A DNA stretch of 64,000 bases, from IMG/VR virus record IMGVR_UViG_3300047554_000303, positions 27,621 through 91,620 of that record, one strand, 5' to 3'. Under the pieces are notes generated by a model. It made no database searches and was not told where the DNA came from. It worked only from the letters and a program-made list of their open reading frames with translations. The position numbers were made by a program, and so were the translations under genes. Origin of the DNA: a virus. Below are positions 52,645-62,563 of the stretch, in pieces; the stretch's first letter is position 1; each line of letters begins with the position of its first letter.

Positions 52645-54002
52645 TGGCTACCTCCTTGAGTAGAACCGACATCATTTAGGTCTGTGTTTGTAGTACCGAT
52701 TGCGTCTGCAGGAATACGGTTAGCTGTAATAGACAACGTAGTGAACAACGGAACCATACGCTCATTGAAAATGACGTGCTTAAGGCTGATGTTTGTTACA
52801 GAGATTACATAGCGCAAACGATTTCCCATGTGCAGCTCTACAGGTTGAGGAATTGCAAAGCCTAGGTCTGAGGTCAACTCATTTCCACGCAACCAGCTCT
52901 TGTATGAAACGCCTCCCATAAGAATCTTTAATAAGAACTCAATGTCATACATTGTGCCCTTGTTATAGATTTCTTTAAGCTCGTTAGGTCTGCCCACCTG
53001 GTCGACCAAAGGAGTACGGTCGTACACATCCAAGTAATTAACCCCGTCTTTACGGTAGTTGCCGCTTGGCTTTATGTACTTCATGTCAGGCATACGATTG
53101 ACCAACAGTTCAAACTGCACTTGCCCCAAAGCAGAGTACACGTTACTCAATCCACCGCCTGAAGCAATCAGACCAAGGTCAACTCCGCTAACACTGCCGT
53201 AGGTCATGCTGACAGAGCCTGGGTTGTAGTGGAACTGAAACATGCGCCTTCCCAAAGCGATGTTCGTACCACCAGACGAAGAGTCTTTAGGCTTAGTAGC
53301 TTTGCTGTCAGTGCCCGCGGTAGACGGAGGCACAAACGTTTGAATGCGTCCCTTAGTTGCGACTCCTAGACCCCAAAGCTTCTCTGCGGTTTTGTAGCTT
53401 GTGTCAGCTAAGTAGTCTCGCCACTCAGTAGGCTTACCAGGGGAATTAGCAGAGATGTCTTTAGTTTCAGCCATGAACTGCTCCGTGCCTCGGAAGTACA
53501 GCTCTTTACAGGCACTAAGGTTCATCTTTGCAGACTTGTCTTCCTTTAGCGCAGTAGGTTGCTGAGCGGCTGCGATTGCAGCAGCCGCAGTTTCAGCTTC
53601 AGCTACAGAAGATGTGTACTCTTTAATTAGCTTTGCAGTAGCTGCTTTTAGGTTTTTAATTGCCGACAAACGGGTGTACTGCGCAGTCAACTCTTTTTGC
53701 TTCTTTGCAATTAGAGGGTCATTTACGCCACCTGGGTTATCTTCCTTTAGCTGCTTTATTTCAGCTAAGATGACTTTAATTTTCCCCAGAACTAGCTTTT
53801 CTTCGGCTACTAAGTCTTCAAGCCGATTTTTTGCAGAAGCAAGCTGCACTTTTGAGCTGTCTACAGCTGGAAGTTGATTTCTAGCACGCCCATAGTCAAG
53901 TGCTTGACGAGGGTCTTTGACTACAAGTGCACCGTTATTACTGCTTGCGCTAGGGTTTTGGCCTGACCTAGTGGTTCTTGGAGTAACTCCACTTACTGCC
54001 AT
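52641..54002 (-). CDS. Tail tube initiator-like protein with N-terminal coiled coil
   Basis: FQFHYNP motif; follows the tape measure gene. Confidence 0.65.
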   Translation of the reverse strand: MAVSGVTPRTTRSGQNPSASSNNGALVVKDPRQALDYGRARNQLPAVDSSKVQLASAKNRLEDLVAEEKLVLGKIKVILAEIKQLKEDNPGGVNDPLIAKKQKELTAQYTRLSAIKNLKAATAKLIKEYTSSVAEAETAAAAIAAAQQPTALKEDKSAKMNLSACKELYFRGTEQFMAETKDISANSPGKPTEWRDYLADTSYKTAEKLWGLGVATKGRIQTFVPPSTAGTDSKATKPKDSSSGGTNIALGRRMFQFHYNPGSVSMTYGSVSGVDLGLIASGGGLSNVYSALGQVQFELLVNRMPDMKYIKPSGNYRKDGVNYLDVYDRTPLVDQVGRPNELKEIYNKGTMYDIEFLLKILMGGVSYKSWLRGNELTSDLGFAIPQPVELHMGNRLRYVISVTNISLKHVIFNERMVPLFTTLSITANRIPADAIGTTNTDLNDVGSTQGGSQ

Positions 54003-54004
54003 GA

Positions 54005-56371
54005 CTATCTCCTACCTACGTTGCTCAAAGCAGCGTCTTCTTCTAAATATGACTTGACTAGTTCAGCTAGTTTCTTAGCTTCCATAGCAGAACTGTTGCT
54101 CAAGCTAACTGAGATGTGAACTGTGGGGGCGGTTCCTCTAGGAGCACTTGGCGTGCCGTACACAGCAGGCTCTGACGAGAGAGGTGAAGGAGCACCCACG
54201 CTGGAAGTTCCAAGTGCAATTGCGCTACCTTCACCGCCCACAGCAGCAACAGTGCCCGTAGCTGCAATAACAGGAGATGCTAGCGATAAACTGCCCCCCT
54301 TCATGCTGTTACCGACCATCTGAGAGCTTGTTTGGAAGTTACCCTTAACACCGCTATTAGAGACGCTAATAGATGGGACAACTCCGCTAGAGCCTTTGCC
54401 AAGCACCAAGTCTAGAATGTTGGCTTCAGAGCCTCTGGTCACTGCATTAGCAGTTCCGTTTCCCTTACTTGTGTTAGGTGCGCCTGTTCCTTGAATACCG
54501 CCTGCTAAAGAGCCAGGGCTTACCGCAACACCGTTCTTACGAACCTCAAAGTGCAAGTGAGGGCCAGTTACGTTTCCTGACTGACCTGACTTACCGATTA
54601 GCTGACCCTTAGTAACAGAGTCTCCTGGGTGAACTAGAGCCTGTGAAAGGTGCGCGTAAATAGTGGTGTACCCGTTGGCGTGCTCAATCGCAACGTACAA
54701 ACCGAAAGAGTGGTTTCCGCTTCCATGATGCGCTTTGCTAACAGTTCCTTCTGCAGCGGCGTACACAGCCGTACCTACAGGCACAGGATAGTCTGTTCCC
54801 TTGTGGTATCCTGCAGCCCATACAGAGCCTTTTTGACCATAGCTAGCAGATACGGCTGTAGACTCTACAGGCCTTTGGAATGCGCCTGCACTGGTGTCGG
54901 TAGTACCACCAGTACCTACACTGTTTTCTTCACCACCAGTAGCGTAGCCAATAGCTCCACCCACTAGTGCTGCTCCACCCATAATTAATGGAGTGAAGGC
55001 GTTAACTCCAGGGATGAAGCCAGCTAAGCTAGCGACGCTAGCAAATTGTCCCGCCATAGATAGTGCGTTACCAAGCTTGTTTCCTTGGCTGCCCTGCTCG
55101 TTTCCAGTTAGAGCCTTTACTCCCTCACCTGCAATCGCAGCTACAGCACCAGCACCAAACCCTTTAGCGCCAGTCATAGCTCTGGCTCCGCCCTTGCTAG
55201 TTGACGCCATAGACTTAGCGGCCTTACCGCCCTTACCGATTGCCCCAGCGCCTCTTGCTCCCAAGAATGAGCCTACAGCCATCTGAGCCACTCCACCCAA
55301 AGCTCCTAGACCACCGCTAGTAGCCCTGTCGCCAAACAAAGTCTGGCCCATCGCATTTGCGTAGCCAACAAAGCTGCTAGCAAGTTTGCCCGCTGCTTCA
55401 TTCATGGCTTCAATAGCAGGAGTAGCGTCATTGATAGCTTTTAAGTAGGTATCCTGAGCAGCCTGCATTGCACCAGTCTGCGCAGTGTTAATCTTGTAAG
55501 CAGATGTAAAAGGGTTAGCGTTAGGGTCGCTTAACTTTGACATGGCGCTTGGGTCAGACAAGTCCATGTTTACGCCTCGTGCTTGCGCAATCATGTACTG
55601 AGAAAACAGGTCTTGCTGAGCTTCGGTCATGCCTGAGTTACGGATTTCGTAACCGAGGAATCCACCACGTAGGTTTCGCATGGTTTCTTCAACGGACTGT
55701 TTCTTGTGGCCCATAGTTAGTCGTCCAGCAAGTTCAGAGAAAATCTGCCCTTGAGTCTTCTCTTTACCAGTAGTCGGGTCAGTAGTGAAGATTCCGTATC
55801 TAGACATGAAGTTTGCAGAGCCCTGACCAGAACCAAGTTGCTCAACTGCGGCAAATGCTTGGACAGTGTCCATGTTTAGGTACTTAGTAGCGTTACCAGC
55901 AGACCGTAGCATGGCCTGATAAGCCGAGCTGTTTCCAGAAACAAACGCCCTAGAAGCGTATGCTGCAACGTCAGCATCAGCACCAGCGTAGCTAAGGCCG
56001 CCAGCCAATCCTAAACTAGTGTTGCGTTGAAGCTGGGCAGTACCAATACCGCCCATACGAACGCCTGCAGTAAAGAACCCTCCCATGCGGCCAATGGTAG
56101 CGTCTACGGAAGGCATCATATTGAATGCGCCAACTGCCGCAGTTCCAAGGCCACTCTTTAGCAGGCCACCAGCAGCACTCATAGTGCTCATGTGGAACGA
56201 GTTGTTAGCTAGAGTGCTAATCTTTGCAAGGCTGCCAGACATGACGCCGCCACCGCCAGCGGCGTTATTGCCACTGCCGAGTGCCTTGAGGAGCTTGTCA
56301 GCTTTTTGGGTAGCCTTATCCAGCTCGGTGTTAATCCGAGCTACAAGCCCTATAGCGTCGTCTTTTGCCAT
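54005..56371 (-). CDS. Tape measure protein with M23 peptidase domain
   Basis: Ala/Gly-rich helical body; HKGTD...YAHL...TGPHLHFE. Confidence 0.88.
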   Translation of the reverse strand: MAKDDAIGLVARINTELDKATQKADKLLKALGSGNNAAGGGGVMSGSLAKISTLANNSFHMSTMSAAGGLLKSGLGTAAVGAFNMMPSVDATIGRMGGFFTAGVRMGGIGTAQLQRNTSLGLAGGLSYAGADADVAAYASRAFVSGNSSAYQAMLRSAGNATKYLNMDTVQAFAAVEQLGSGQGSANFMSRYGIFTTDPTTGKEKTQGQIFSELAGRLTMGHKKQSVEETMRNLRGGFLGYEIRNSGMTEAQQDLFSQYMIAQARGVNMDLSDPSAMSKLSDPNANPFTSAYKINTAQTGAMQAAQDTYLKAINDATPAIEAMNEAAGKLASSFVGYANAMGQTLFGDRATSGGLGALGGVAQMAVGSFLGARGAGAIGKGGKAAKSMASTSKGGARAMTGAKGFGAGAVAAIAGEGVKALTGNEQGSQGNKLGNALSMAGQFASVASLAGFIPGVNAFTPLIMGGAALVGGAIGYATGGEENSVGTGGTTDTSAGAFQRPVESTAVSASYGQKGSVWAAGYHKGTDYPVPVGTAVYAAAEGTVSKAHHGSGNHSFGLYVAIEHANGYTTIYAHLSQALVHPGDSVTKGQLIGKSGQSGNVTGPHLHFEVRKNGVAVSPGSLAGGIQGTGAPNTSKGNGTANAVTRGSEANILDLVLGKGSSGVVPSISVSNSGVKGNFQTSSQMVGNSMKGGSLSLASPVIAATGTVAAVGGEGSAIALGTSSVGAPSPLSSEPAVYGTPSAPRGTAPTVHISVSLSNSSAMEAKKLAELVKSYLEEDAALSNVGRR

Positions 56372-56372
56372 A

Positions 56373-56537
56373 CTAGCCTCTTACTAATTTTCCAGATTCC
56401 CTGGCTATTTCTATCCAGTTATCTCGTTCACGTGGAGACAGCTCTTTAATCTCTGTCAGGCTCCAACCTGTAAAACTCTGGGCAATTAATGCCCACTCTC
56501 GCATCAGTCGTTCGTAACTGCAGATACTAGAGTCGAA
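56373..56537 (-). CDS. Tail assembly chaperone C-terminal extension (probable +1 frameshift product)
   Basis: GWSLTEIKELSPRERDNW; overlaps the upstream ORF in the +1 frame. Confidence 0.65.
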   Translation of the reverse strand, partial: FDSSICSYERLMREWALIAQSFTGWSLTEIKELSPRERDNWIEIARESGKLVRG

Positions 56538-57342
56538 AGATAGCCCCAAGACTAATTGGGACCACAACCTTTCCATCGGTTTCAGGGTTTGGCACGGTTA
56601 TGTCGTCAAATTGTGGACCAGGGGCTCGGTTTGTTAGTTCTTCGGTAATTAGCTGGCGGTCTGCAATTCCTAAAGCACGAATCTGCTCTAGAGAGTAGAC
56701 AGGTCCACCATTAATTTCCTTTACACAGTGATACAGCAAAATTGATGTAAGTTCAGACACACTCTTGTCGGAAGATGCTGCCATTTCCTTCTGAGCAGCC
56801 CCCGTAGGTAGTGCGACTACATACTCGTTCTTTTTGCCTTTAACTGTAAATCTGCGCTCGTTGATTACATCGGTAAGCAGTCTGTGCTTGATGTCTTCTA
56901 CGATGTTTACGGTTACGGACTCTACCTGTCCAGTAGAAGTGTCGTACCCGCTTAGGTCTACGGTGTCACCAAAGGTTGCACGGTAGATGCCTAGAATCAG
57001 TGCGTCACGGTCACCAACCAGTAGCTCATCTAGAAGCGACTCAGTTGCGTCCATGTCACCAATTTTTACTACACCTCTGTTGAGGATAGTAATGAGAGCT
57101 TTACCGATATTAGGGGCTTTAATAATTGCCTCTTCATCTCGGCCTGTAAGCTCTCGGACTTCAGCCGTGGTGATGACCTCCCCAGCGAGTGTTACATACC
57201 CGCCAGGAAGGTCAACCACGTTACTGAAAGGAACTTTTACCTCTGCCTTTTCAATGACAGGGGCTTCGTCTTGTATTGCCTGCTGAATTAGCTTGTTAGC
57301 TAGGCCAGGGTTTTGTGATGCTGATACGGTCTTGTTTTCCAT
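56527..57342 (-). CDS. Tail/baseplate assembly chaperone (T4 gp26-like)
   Basis: VRELTG.DEE...LLVGDRD.L...I..ATFG; between tube and tape measure genes. Confidence 0.75.
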   Translation of the reverse strand: MENKTVSASQNPGLANKLIQQAIQDEAPVIEKAEVKVPFSNVVDLPGGYVTLAGEVITTAEVRELTGRDEEAIIKAPNIGKALITILNRGVVKIGDMDATESLLDELLVGDRDALILGIYRATFGDTVDLSGYDTSTGQVESVTVNIVEDIKHRLLTDVINERRFTVKGKKNEYVVALPTGAAQKEMAASSDKSVSELTSILLYHCVKEINGGPVYSLEQIRALGIADRQLITEELTNRAPGPQFDDITVPNPETDGKVVVPISLGAIFRL

Positions 57343-57363
57343 TTAGTTCCTTACTTTAGATGT

Positions 57364-57978
57364 TTACGCTGAAACCGCTCCAGCTGCGTAGCTGGTTGGT
57401 GCAGTGCTAGTTAGGCTAGAAGCCCAGTTGAGGTCAAATCCCTCGTGAACCAAGGTCATCTGCTCAACGAAGATGGCGTTGTCACCTGCGTTTAGGTCCG
57501 AGTAAGCAACGCTGGTAGGCCATGCGTTGTAGACCTTGAAACGAAGAGAGACGTGGTCATCTCCAGCAGTGCCTGCTCCGCTAACCTGAGTAGAGCCAGG
57601 GACTGGGTGGGTTAGCACTGCAATCTCTAGGTCTGCACGGAAGCTCTTAGCGAGGGTGTTTGAGGAGCCACCTTCTACGGTAGCGAACAGCTCACGCATC
57701 CACTTCCAGTTCTGGTTAGTGCCGATGATTACACCGCGCTGAAGCGTAATAGGTGCAAACGTGGTCTGACCAGGAATCTGGTGAACGGTGGTGTTGTAGC
57801 CACCCTCACGGTAAGGAATAGAGTCAGTGGTGACCGCTAGTCCGCCAACCGAAGTAAACCCTAGAGTTACAGGGCTTAGCCAAGTGGCGTCCTTGGAGTG
57901 AGGAGTGAAGGTAACCAGAAACCTAAAGTTTCTGATTGGGTCAGTCTCTAGAGTTGACCTGTTGTTTAGAATAGGCAT
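57364..57978 (-). CDS. Tail tube protein (T4 gp19-like)
   Basis: DP.RNFRF, YREGG, ITLQRG, NAWP, DLNA, L.HEG. Confidence 0.93.
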   Translation of the reverse strand: MPILNNRSTLETDPIRNFRFLVTFTPHSKDATWLSPVTLGFTSVGGLAVTTDSIPYREGGYNTTVHQIPGQTTFAPITLQRGVIIGTNQNWKWMRELFATVEGGSSNTLAKSFRADLEIAVLTHPVPGSTQVSGAGTAGDDHVSLRFKVYNAWPTSVAYSDLNAGDNAIFVEQMTLVHEGFDLNWASSLTSTAPTSYAAGAVSA

Positions 57979-57994
57979 TTGTCTATCTCCTTAA

Positions 57995-59488
57995 TTAGTT
58001 AGCAGTCTTCTGGCTCAAGGTGATGACTACGAACTCAGCTGGGTACTGCAGAGCAACACCAATCTCAATACGTACTTCACCATTAGCAATTGACTCTGGA
58101 GTGTTGTTCTCGGCGTCTACCTTCACGAAGAAAGCCTCAGCCTGAGTAGCACCACGTAGACCGCCTTGGTTGCGGTAGTCGTTTAGGAACACAGTTACAG
58201 CAGTGCTGATTCGGTTCCATAGACGCTCATCGTTGTTCTCAAAGAGTGCGAACTCAGTTAGGTCCTTCAAGCTCTTCTTGATGTAGATGAGGGAGCGACG
58301 CATGTTGACGTAGCGGTTAGCAGTGCCGTCCTGTAGAAGGGTACGGCCACCCATTGCTACGATGCCTGCACCTGGAATGCTACGAAGAGCGTTAACAGGA
58401 GTTGCAGCGGAGTTTAGGGTGTCTAGCTCAGAAGAAGTTAGGGTCTTCTCTAGAGCTACTGCGCCACGGACCTGAGCACGAACACCAGCTGGAGCCTTGA
58501 AAGGACCAGTCTGCTTGTCAGTCGCGATGTACTGTCCAGCCATTGCACCTGCAGGGCCAAGCTTACGTAGCGAAGAAGAGCTACGGCCTAGTGGGTCTGC
58601 GATGAAGATGTTTGGGTAGTAAACAGCAGCGTAGCTGGTAGCGTCTAGACCAGATGCGTAAGTAACAGCCTGAGCAACCGATAGGTTGTCGTCAGTGTCT
58701 ACCACAGCAAAGCCGTCGTTAGCCTCAGCCCAGCTGATGATTGCGTCGTGAACAGTCTTACCGTTGGTTGCACCTAGCACCGAGATAATCTCTGGAGCAA
58801 AGATGACCAGTGGCTGGTCAACAGTGGAGAAGGCGTCAACAGCAGTTACGTAGTCCGACGCAGCAGCAGCGGTTCCGTTAGTACCACCAGTTAGTGGTAG
58901 TGGGGTTCCAGAAGTTGCTGGGGCAGTTGCGTTGTCAGTGATGGTCACTGAGATGTTGGCCGAAGACTGGTTAACTACGGTAGCTACGTAGTCAGTCGAC
59001 GCAGTGTCATTGAACACTACGTTAGTGAACTGCTCAAGTAGTACGTCGTTGTCTGGGCTAGAAGCAACCTCCTTGAATACAGATAGGTTGTAGAAGCCAG
59101 AGATGGCTGCTGCAGTAATCTGAATACGTAGGTTGTTTCCGTCTGCACCACGGTTCTTAGCTACCACGGTACCTACAGCGGCACCAGTGCCAGTACGAGG
59201 GATAGACACGGCTGCGGCAGCAGCGTCAGATGCCAGCACGCGCTTCACGTACAGCTCAGAGCCACCATTCTGGAAGAACTGAGCTACACCGAAGGTAGCT
59301 GGGAATGAAATGCTGTAACTGCCGAACTTCTGTACAAAGTCATACCATGAAGTAACACGGGTTACAGTTTCGGGACCCTGAGCAAATACACCGAGAGCGG
59401 CACCCGCAGCGTTTGCGGTTCCAGTTACGGTAATTGGCGCAGGAAGTAGGCGCTCGCTGATGTAGACGCCTGGACGACCGTAAGTCAT
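57995..59488 (-). CDS. Tail sheath protein
   Basis: RPGVYI.E, FFQNGG, KAPAG, RYVNMRR, FENND, PAEFVVI. Confidence 0.95.
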   Translation of the reverse strand: MTYGRPGVYISERLLPAPITVTGTANAAGAALGVFAQGPETVTRVTSWYDFVQKFGSYSISFPATFGVAQFFQNGGSELYVKRVLASDAAAAAVSIPRTGTGAAVGTVVAKNRGADGNNLRIQITAAAISGFYNLSVFKEVASSPDNDVLLEQFTNVVFNDTASTDYVATVVNQSSANISVTITDNATAPATSGTPLPLTGGTNGTAAAASDYVTAVDAFSTVDQPLVIFAPEIISVLGATNGKTVHDAIISWAEANDGFAVVDTDDNLSVAQAVTYASGLDATSYAAVYYPNIFIADPLGRSSSSLRKLGPAGAMAGQYIATDKQTGPFKAPAGVRAQVRGAVALEKTLTSSELDTLNSAATPVNALRSIPGAGIVAMGGRTLLQDGTANRYVNMRRSLIYIKKSLKDLTEFALFENNDERLWNRISTAVTVFLNDYRNQGGLRGATQAEAFFVKVDAENNTPESIANGEVRIEIGVALQYPAEFVVITLSQKTAN

Positions 59489-59531
59489 CTTTATCTCCTA
59501 ACTAGTTGGTTTTATTTCTAAGGGTTCCGAA

Positions 59532-60179
59532 TTATTCCGAAAGTACTTGCTCGCCAGTCCCCAGATAAACTGGAGCCATCGTACGACCACCAGCACGCTC
59601 AGGAGCTGGGTCTTCAATGTGGACTTCAAGGACCTTGTTGAGGATTTTGTAAGTTGCCTGCGAAATCTCGCTAGAGACTCGCACGGTTATTGCGTTGATA
59701 AACAGCCTCTTTGACTGCTCAGTGACATCTCTTTTAGTGATGTCTAACACGTCAAGCCTTCGGACAGTGTTGTCGTCTAGCTCTAGCGTGCCAAATCTAA
59801 TAGGTAGCTTTACCCCAAGTAACTGGCTCATAATAGCGCGGTCATGTCTAGGGTGCCTAGAATACGTTGTAATTTGGTAGTCAACGTTTACAGGGATAGG
59901 CAGGTCAATTTCAAATGCCTCGTTAGTACCGACTACTACGTCTCCCTGCAAGTAAGCAGCGTTAGTCTTTCCACGCATTTCACGTAGGTTGTCACGGTTA
60001 ACGTCAATCATGTCAATCGTGATGTAAGGGTAAGTCTGAGAGCGAATCTCTTGGTCAGGCTGGCCGAACCAAACACCGACAGGTCTGGCAATGCCTTCTT
60101 CGTCAGCCTTCTGGTCAGTGACAGTCATTCCCTGCAGTCTTTCACGCAGGGCCTTGTCTTCAGAGAGCAAAAATGTCAT
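59532..60179 (-). CDS. Tail terminator/sheath stabiliser
   Basis: YPYITI...PVNVDYQITTY; upstream of the sheath gene. Confidence 0.7.
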   Translation of the reverse strand: MTFLLSEDKALRERLQGMTVTDQKADEEGIARPVGVWFGQPDQEIRSQTYPYITIDMIDVNRDNLREMRGKTNAAYLQGDVVVGTNEAFEIDLPIPVNVDYQITTYSRHPRHDRAIMSQLLGVKLPIRFGTLELDDNTVRRLDVLDITKRDVTEQSKRLFINAITVRVSSEISQATYKILNKVLEVHIEDPAPERAGGRTMAPVYLGTGEQVLSE

Positions 60180-60180
60180 G

Positions 60181-60453
60181 TTATCCCTCCAACTTGCTGT
60201 CGACACGGTTCATAAAACGGCGCATTACAGCGTTAGGACGGCGAAACTCAGTGCCGTACTCCCAAGAGTGGATGTCGTTGCGTAGCTCATCAGGGTAGTC
60301 GATGCTGACTTTACCGTCGGAGGAGTTAACACTAAGAGAACGTGCGAGACCTTCAGGCCAGCCGCTGTTTACGGCAGAGCTACGCAAGTCCCTAGATAGA
60401 CCTACGGTTTTCTTTTGAATGCTCTTGTGAAGGGTGCTAATTACGTCGTTCAA
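60181..60453 (-). CDS. Neck/tail-completion-like protein
   Basis: WEYGT...P motif. Confidence 0.55.
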   Translation of the reverse strand: MNDVISTLHKSIQKKTVGLSRDLRSSAVNSGWPEGLARSLSVNSSDGKVSIDYPDELRNDIHSWEYGTEFRRPNAVMRRFMNRVDSKLEG

Positions 60454-60646
60454 CTTTGCGACCTATTGGCTGTGGAGTTTGCTGCTTGCTGTTAGGAACA
60501 TAGCCTGCGAGTAACTGTGCCACCATTGCTTCTTGGCGGTTGTTAGGCTGGTAGTCAGTAGCCCCACGAACAAACTCGCCTCTTTCTTCAAAGAGGTAGT
60601 AGTCGTTGACTCTTTCCCACCAGGGCTTTACATCCTTGGCAAACAT
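60437..60646 (-). CDS. Hypothetical protein
   Basis: ORF track with start trimmed. Confidence 0.55.
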   Translation of the reverse strand: MFAKDVKPWWERVNDYYLFEERGEFVRGATDYQPNNRQEAMVAQLLAGYVPNSKQQTPQPIGRKVERRN

Positions 60647-60714
60647 AGCAAAATCCCCAATCAGAGGCGCAGTTCTAGCAACGCTAGGCAGACTCCGCAC
60701 GGAGTTCTGCACTA

Positions 60715-61110
60715 CTAGGATAGGGAAGAATCTTGGGTTACGAGGGGTGAACGGTAACGAGTAAAGTGGTCTTTATTGAGGTAGCTCTTTAGGTTGTGGC
60801 AGTTGGCACACAGTGTCCTAAAGTTTGACGGGCTGTTGTTGTACTTGTTGCCGTCAATGTGGTCCACCGTCAGCTGGCAGTCATGCTCAGGTAAGAACCC
60901 ACAGCGCTCACAGTGGTCTTTACGGTGAAAGTCCCATGGGCGTTCAATAGAGGTCTTTGTAACAAGGTATTTACGGTAGCAGCGATAGTACTGCTTTTGA
61001 TTTGCTTTTTTTGCGTAGCTCTTGCGCACTCGCACAGAAGGCCCACAGACAAGACAATCCCCCACCAGAGCGTCTTCATTGACGTTGGTGAGGGAATGTT
61101 TTATAGCCAT
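60715..61110 (-). CDS. HNH endonuclease
   Basis: CERCG...VDHIDGN..NN..SN..TLCANCH. Confidence 0.88.
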   Translation of the reverse strand: MAIKHSLTNVNEDALVGDCLVCGPSVRVRKSYAKKANQKQYYRCYRKYLVTKTSIERPWDFHRKDHCERCGFLPEHDCQLTVDHIDGNKYNNSPSNFRTLCANCHNLKSYLNKDHFTRYRSPLVTQDSSLS

Positions 61111-61130
61111 TCTAGTTCCTTGTCGGGTTA

Positions 61131-61187
61131 CTAGTTTGGTAGTTTATCATCTTTCTTACCGCAACCGCAGTTCTGACACCCGCACAT
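61131..61187 (-). CDS. 18-aa Cys-rich micropeptide
   Basis: MCGCQNCGCGKKDDKLPN; TAATG coupling. Confidence 0.45.
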   Translation of the reverse strand: MCGCQNCGCGKKDDKLPN

Positions 61188-61324
61188 TACTTTTTCCCCT
61201 TCATTTGTCCTTTAGAGTTTTTCATTCTATCGGACAAGTTCTGGCTACGCTTCATCTGAGGGTGCTTCTCGTACGAGGGCTTCTTAGGGTCAAGCCCTTC
61301 TACCTTCTTCTTAGGTCTAGCCAT
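61187..61324 (-). CDS. Small basic protein (45 aa)
   Basis: TAATG coupling; Lys-rich. Confidence 0.55.
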   Translation of the reverse strand: MARPKKKVEGLDPKKPSYEKHPQMKRSQNLSDRMKNSKGQMKGKK

Positions 61325-61605
61325 TACTTCTTACCTGCTCTACGCTTGTTCTCTTTGGCGGTGTTCTTGCCTTTATCCATCAGCTGAAGGTTACCCTTGC
61401 GGTCATCGCTGTGGTTGTTGTTCTTGTGGTCAACAGTTTTGCTCTTGCTCTTAATCTTGCCGTGGTCAGACTCATAGTCAGCACGAGCTTTGTTCTTAGA
61501 AGTAGTTACCCACTTACCATCTACCTTTTCCTTGTAGACGTAGATAGGTCGACCACCGTTGGCCTTAGAGCCTTTGTATGGTCCAAACTTCTTCTTTTCT
61601 GCCAC
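61324..61605 (-). CDS. Basic HNH-motif protein
   Basis: VDHKNNNHSDDRKGNL...N. Confidence 0.7.
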   Translation of the reverse strand: MAEKKKFGPYKGSKANGGRPIYVYKEKVDGKWVTTSKNKARADYESDHGKIKSKSKTVDHKNNNHSDDRKGNLQLMDKGKNTAKENKRRAGKK

Positions 61606-61607
61606 TA

Positions 61608-61916
61608 TTACCACTTAACCTTGTCGGCCCAGTATGCTGCGGACATCTTGCCCTTAGCAATGTTCTTAGCGTGACGAGCCTTGAAGCTCTTACGCTTAGC
61701 CTTCATGCGCTCAGACTCTCCAGGCTTTGGCTTTCCAGCGGTCTCGGCACCTTGCTCACCAAAACGGATAGTCTTAATCTGGTTGCCTTCTTTAGCAACG
61801 ACAACGTGAGACTTCTTAGCTCCTGGGGTAGCCTTAGGCTTGTTGTAGCCTGACACTCCCGCACGCTCTAGGCGTGGGTCCTTCTTTTTGCCGTGAGGCT
61901 TTTTACTTTCTGCCAT
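61608..61916 (-). CDS. Small basic virion-region protein (DUF6321-like)
   Basis: KTIRFG...RKSFKARH...SAAYWA. Confidence 0.65.
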   Translation of the reverse strand: MAESKKPHGKKKDPRLERAGVSGYNKPKATPGAKKSHVVVAKEGNQIKTIRFGEQGAETAGKPKPGESERMKAKRKSFKARHAKNIAKGKMSAAYWADKVKW

Positions 61917-61989
61917 ATTTCGCTGCCTTCTTAGTTGACTTAACCTTCTTCTTGCATGATGCGCAAGAGCCACACTTACAAGTTGCCAT
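61903..61989 (-). CDS. 28-aa Cys/Lys micropeptide
   Basis: MATCKCGSCASCKKKVK... Confidence 0.45.
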   Translation of the reverse strand: MATCKCGSCASCKKKVKSTKKAAKYGRK

Positions 61990-62127
61990 TTACTTCTTCT
62001 TTGCCTTCATTGCGCCGCCCTTTTTCATCTGAGCAGCCTTGATGATGTCGCCACGGGTAATCTTGCCCTTGTCGCCAGACATAGCTGCTAGCTTCTGCTG
62101 CTTAGGGGCCATCTTCTTTTCAGCCAT
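61990..62127 (-). CDS. Small basic protein (45 aa)
   Basis: AGGA RBS; KITRGDII. Confidence 0.6.
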   Translation of the reverse strand: MAEKKMAPKQQKLAAMSGDKGKITRGDIIKAAQMKKGGAMKAKKK

Positions 62128-62135
62128 TTACGGTC

Positions 62136-62372
62136 CTATCTGTGCTTTGCTGTTTTCTTAGCAATCTTTTTTGGTTGTGCTACGAACTGCTTGCCCTTCT
62201 TGTTGCCAGCAGCTTTTGCTTTATTTGTTGCAGCCTTTTCAGCAGGGGTTAATTCGCTCCATGCCTTCTTTGGCAAGTAACGCTTCTTTCCCTTGGACTC
62301 TGAGCCGTCGTGGGTTGTCCACTCTTGCTTAGTCCATTCCTTCAAGGACTTCTGGGACTTAGCGAGTGCCAT
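62136..62372 (-). CDS. Small basic protein (DUF5872-like, C-terminal part)
   Basis: QKSLK.WTKQEW...RYLPKKAW. Confidence 0.65.
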   Translation of the reverse strand: MALAKSQKSLKEWTKQEWTTHDGSESKGKKRYLPKKAWSELTPAEKAATNKAKAAGNKKGKQFVAQPKKIAKKTAKHR

Positions 62373-62563
62373 TACTTGTAGCCTCCGCCAGCCTTCTTAT
62401 ACTCAGAAGCTAGAAGCTGAGCCTTGCGAGCCGACCACTCACCAGGGTCGCCTCCCTTAGAGCCAGCCTTAATCTTATTAAAGAGTGCTTTACGCATTCC
62501 AGGCTTGGTGTAATTACCAGCTTCGTTTACCTTAGACTTAGTAGTCTTTTTCTTCTCTGCCAT
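62372..62563 (-). CDS. Small basic protein (DUF5872-like, N-terminal part)
   Basis: NYTKP...GG.PGEWSARKAQLL...YKKAGGGY. Confidence 0.65.
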   Translation of the reverse strand: MAEKKKTTKSKVNEAGNYTKPGMRKALFNKIKAGSKGGDPGEWSARKAQLLASEYKKAGGGYK

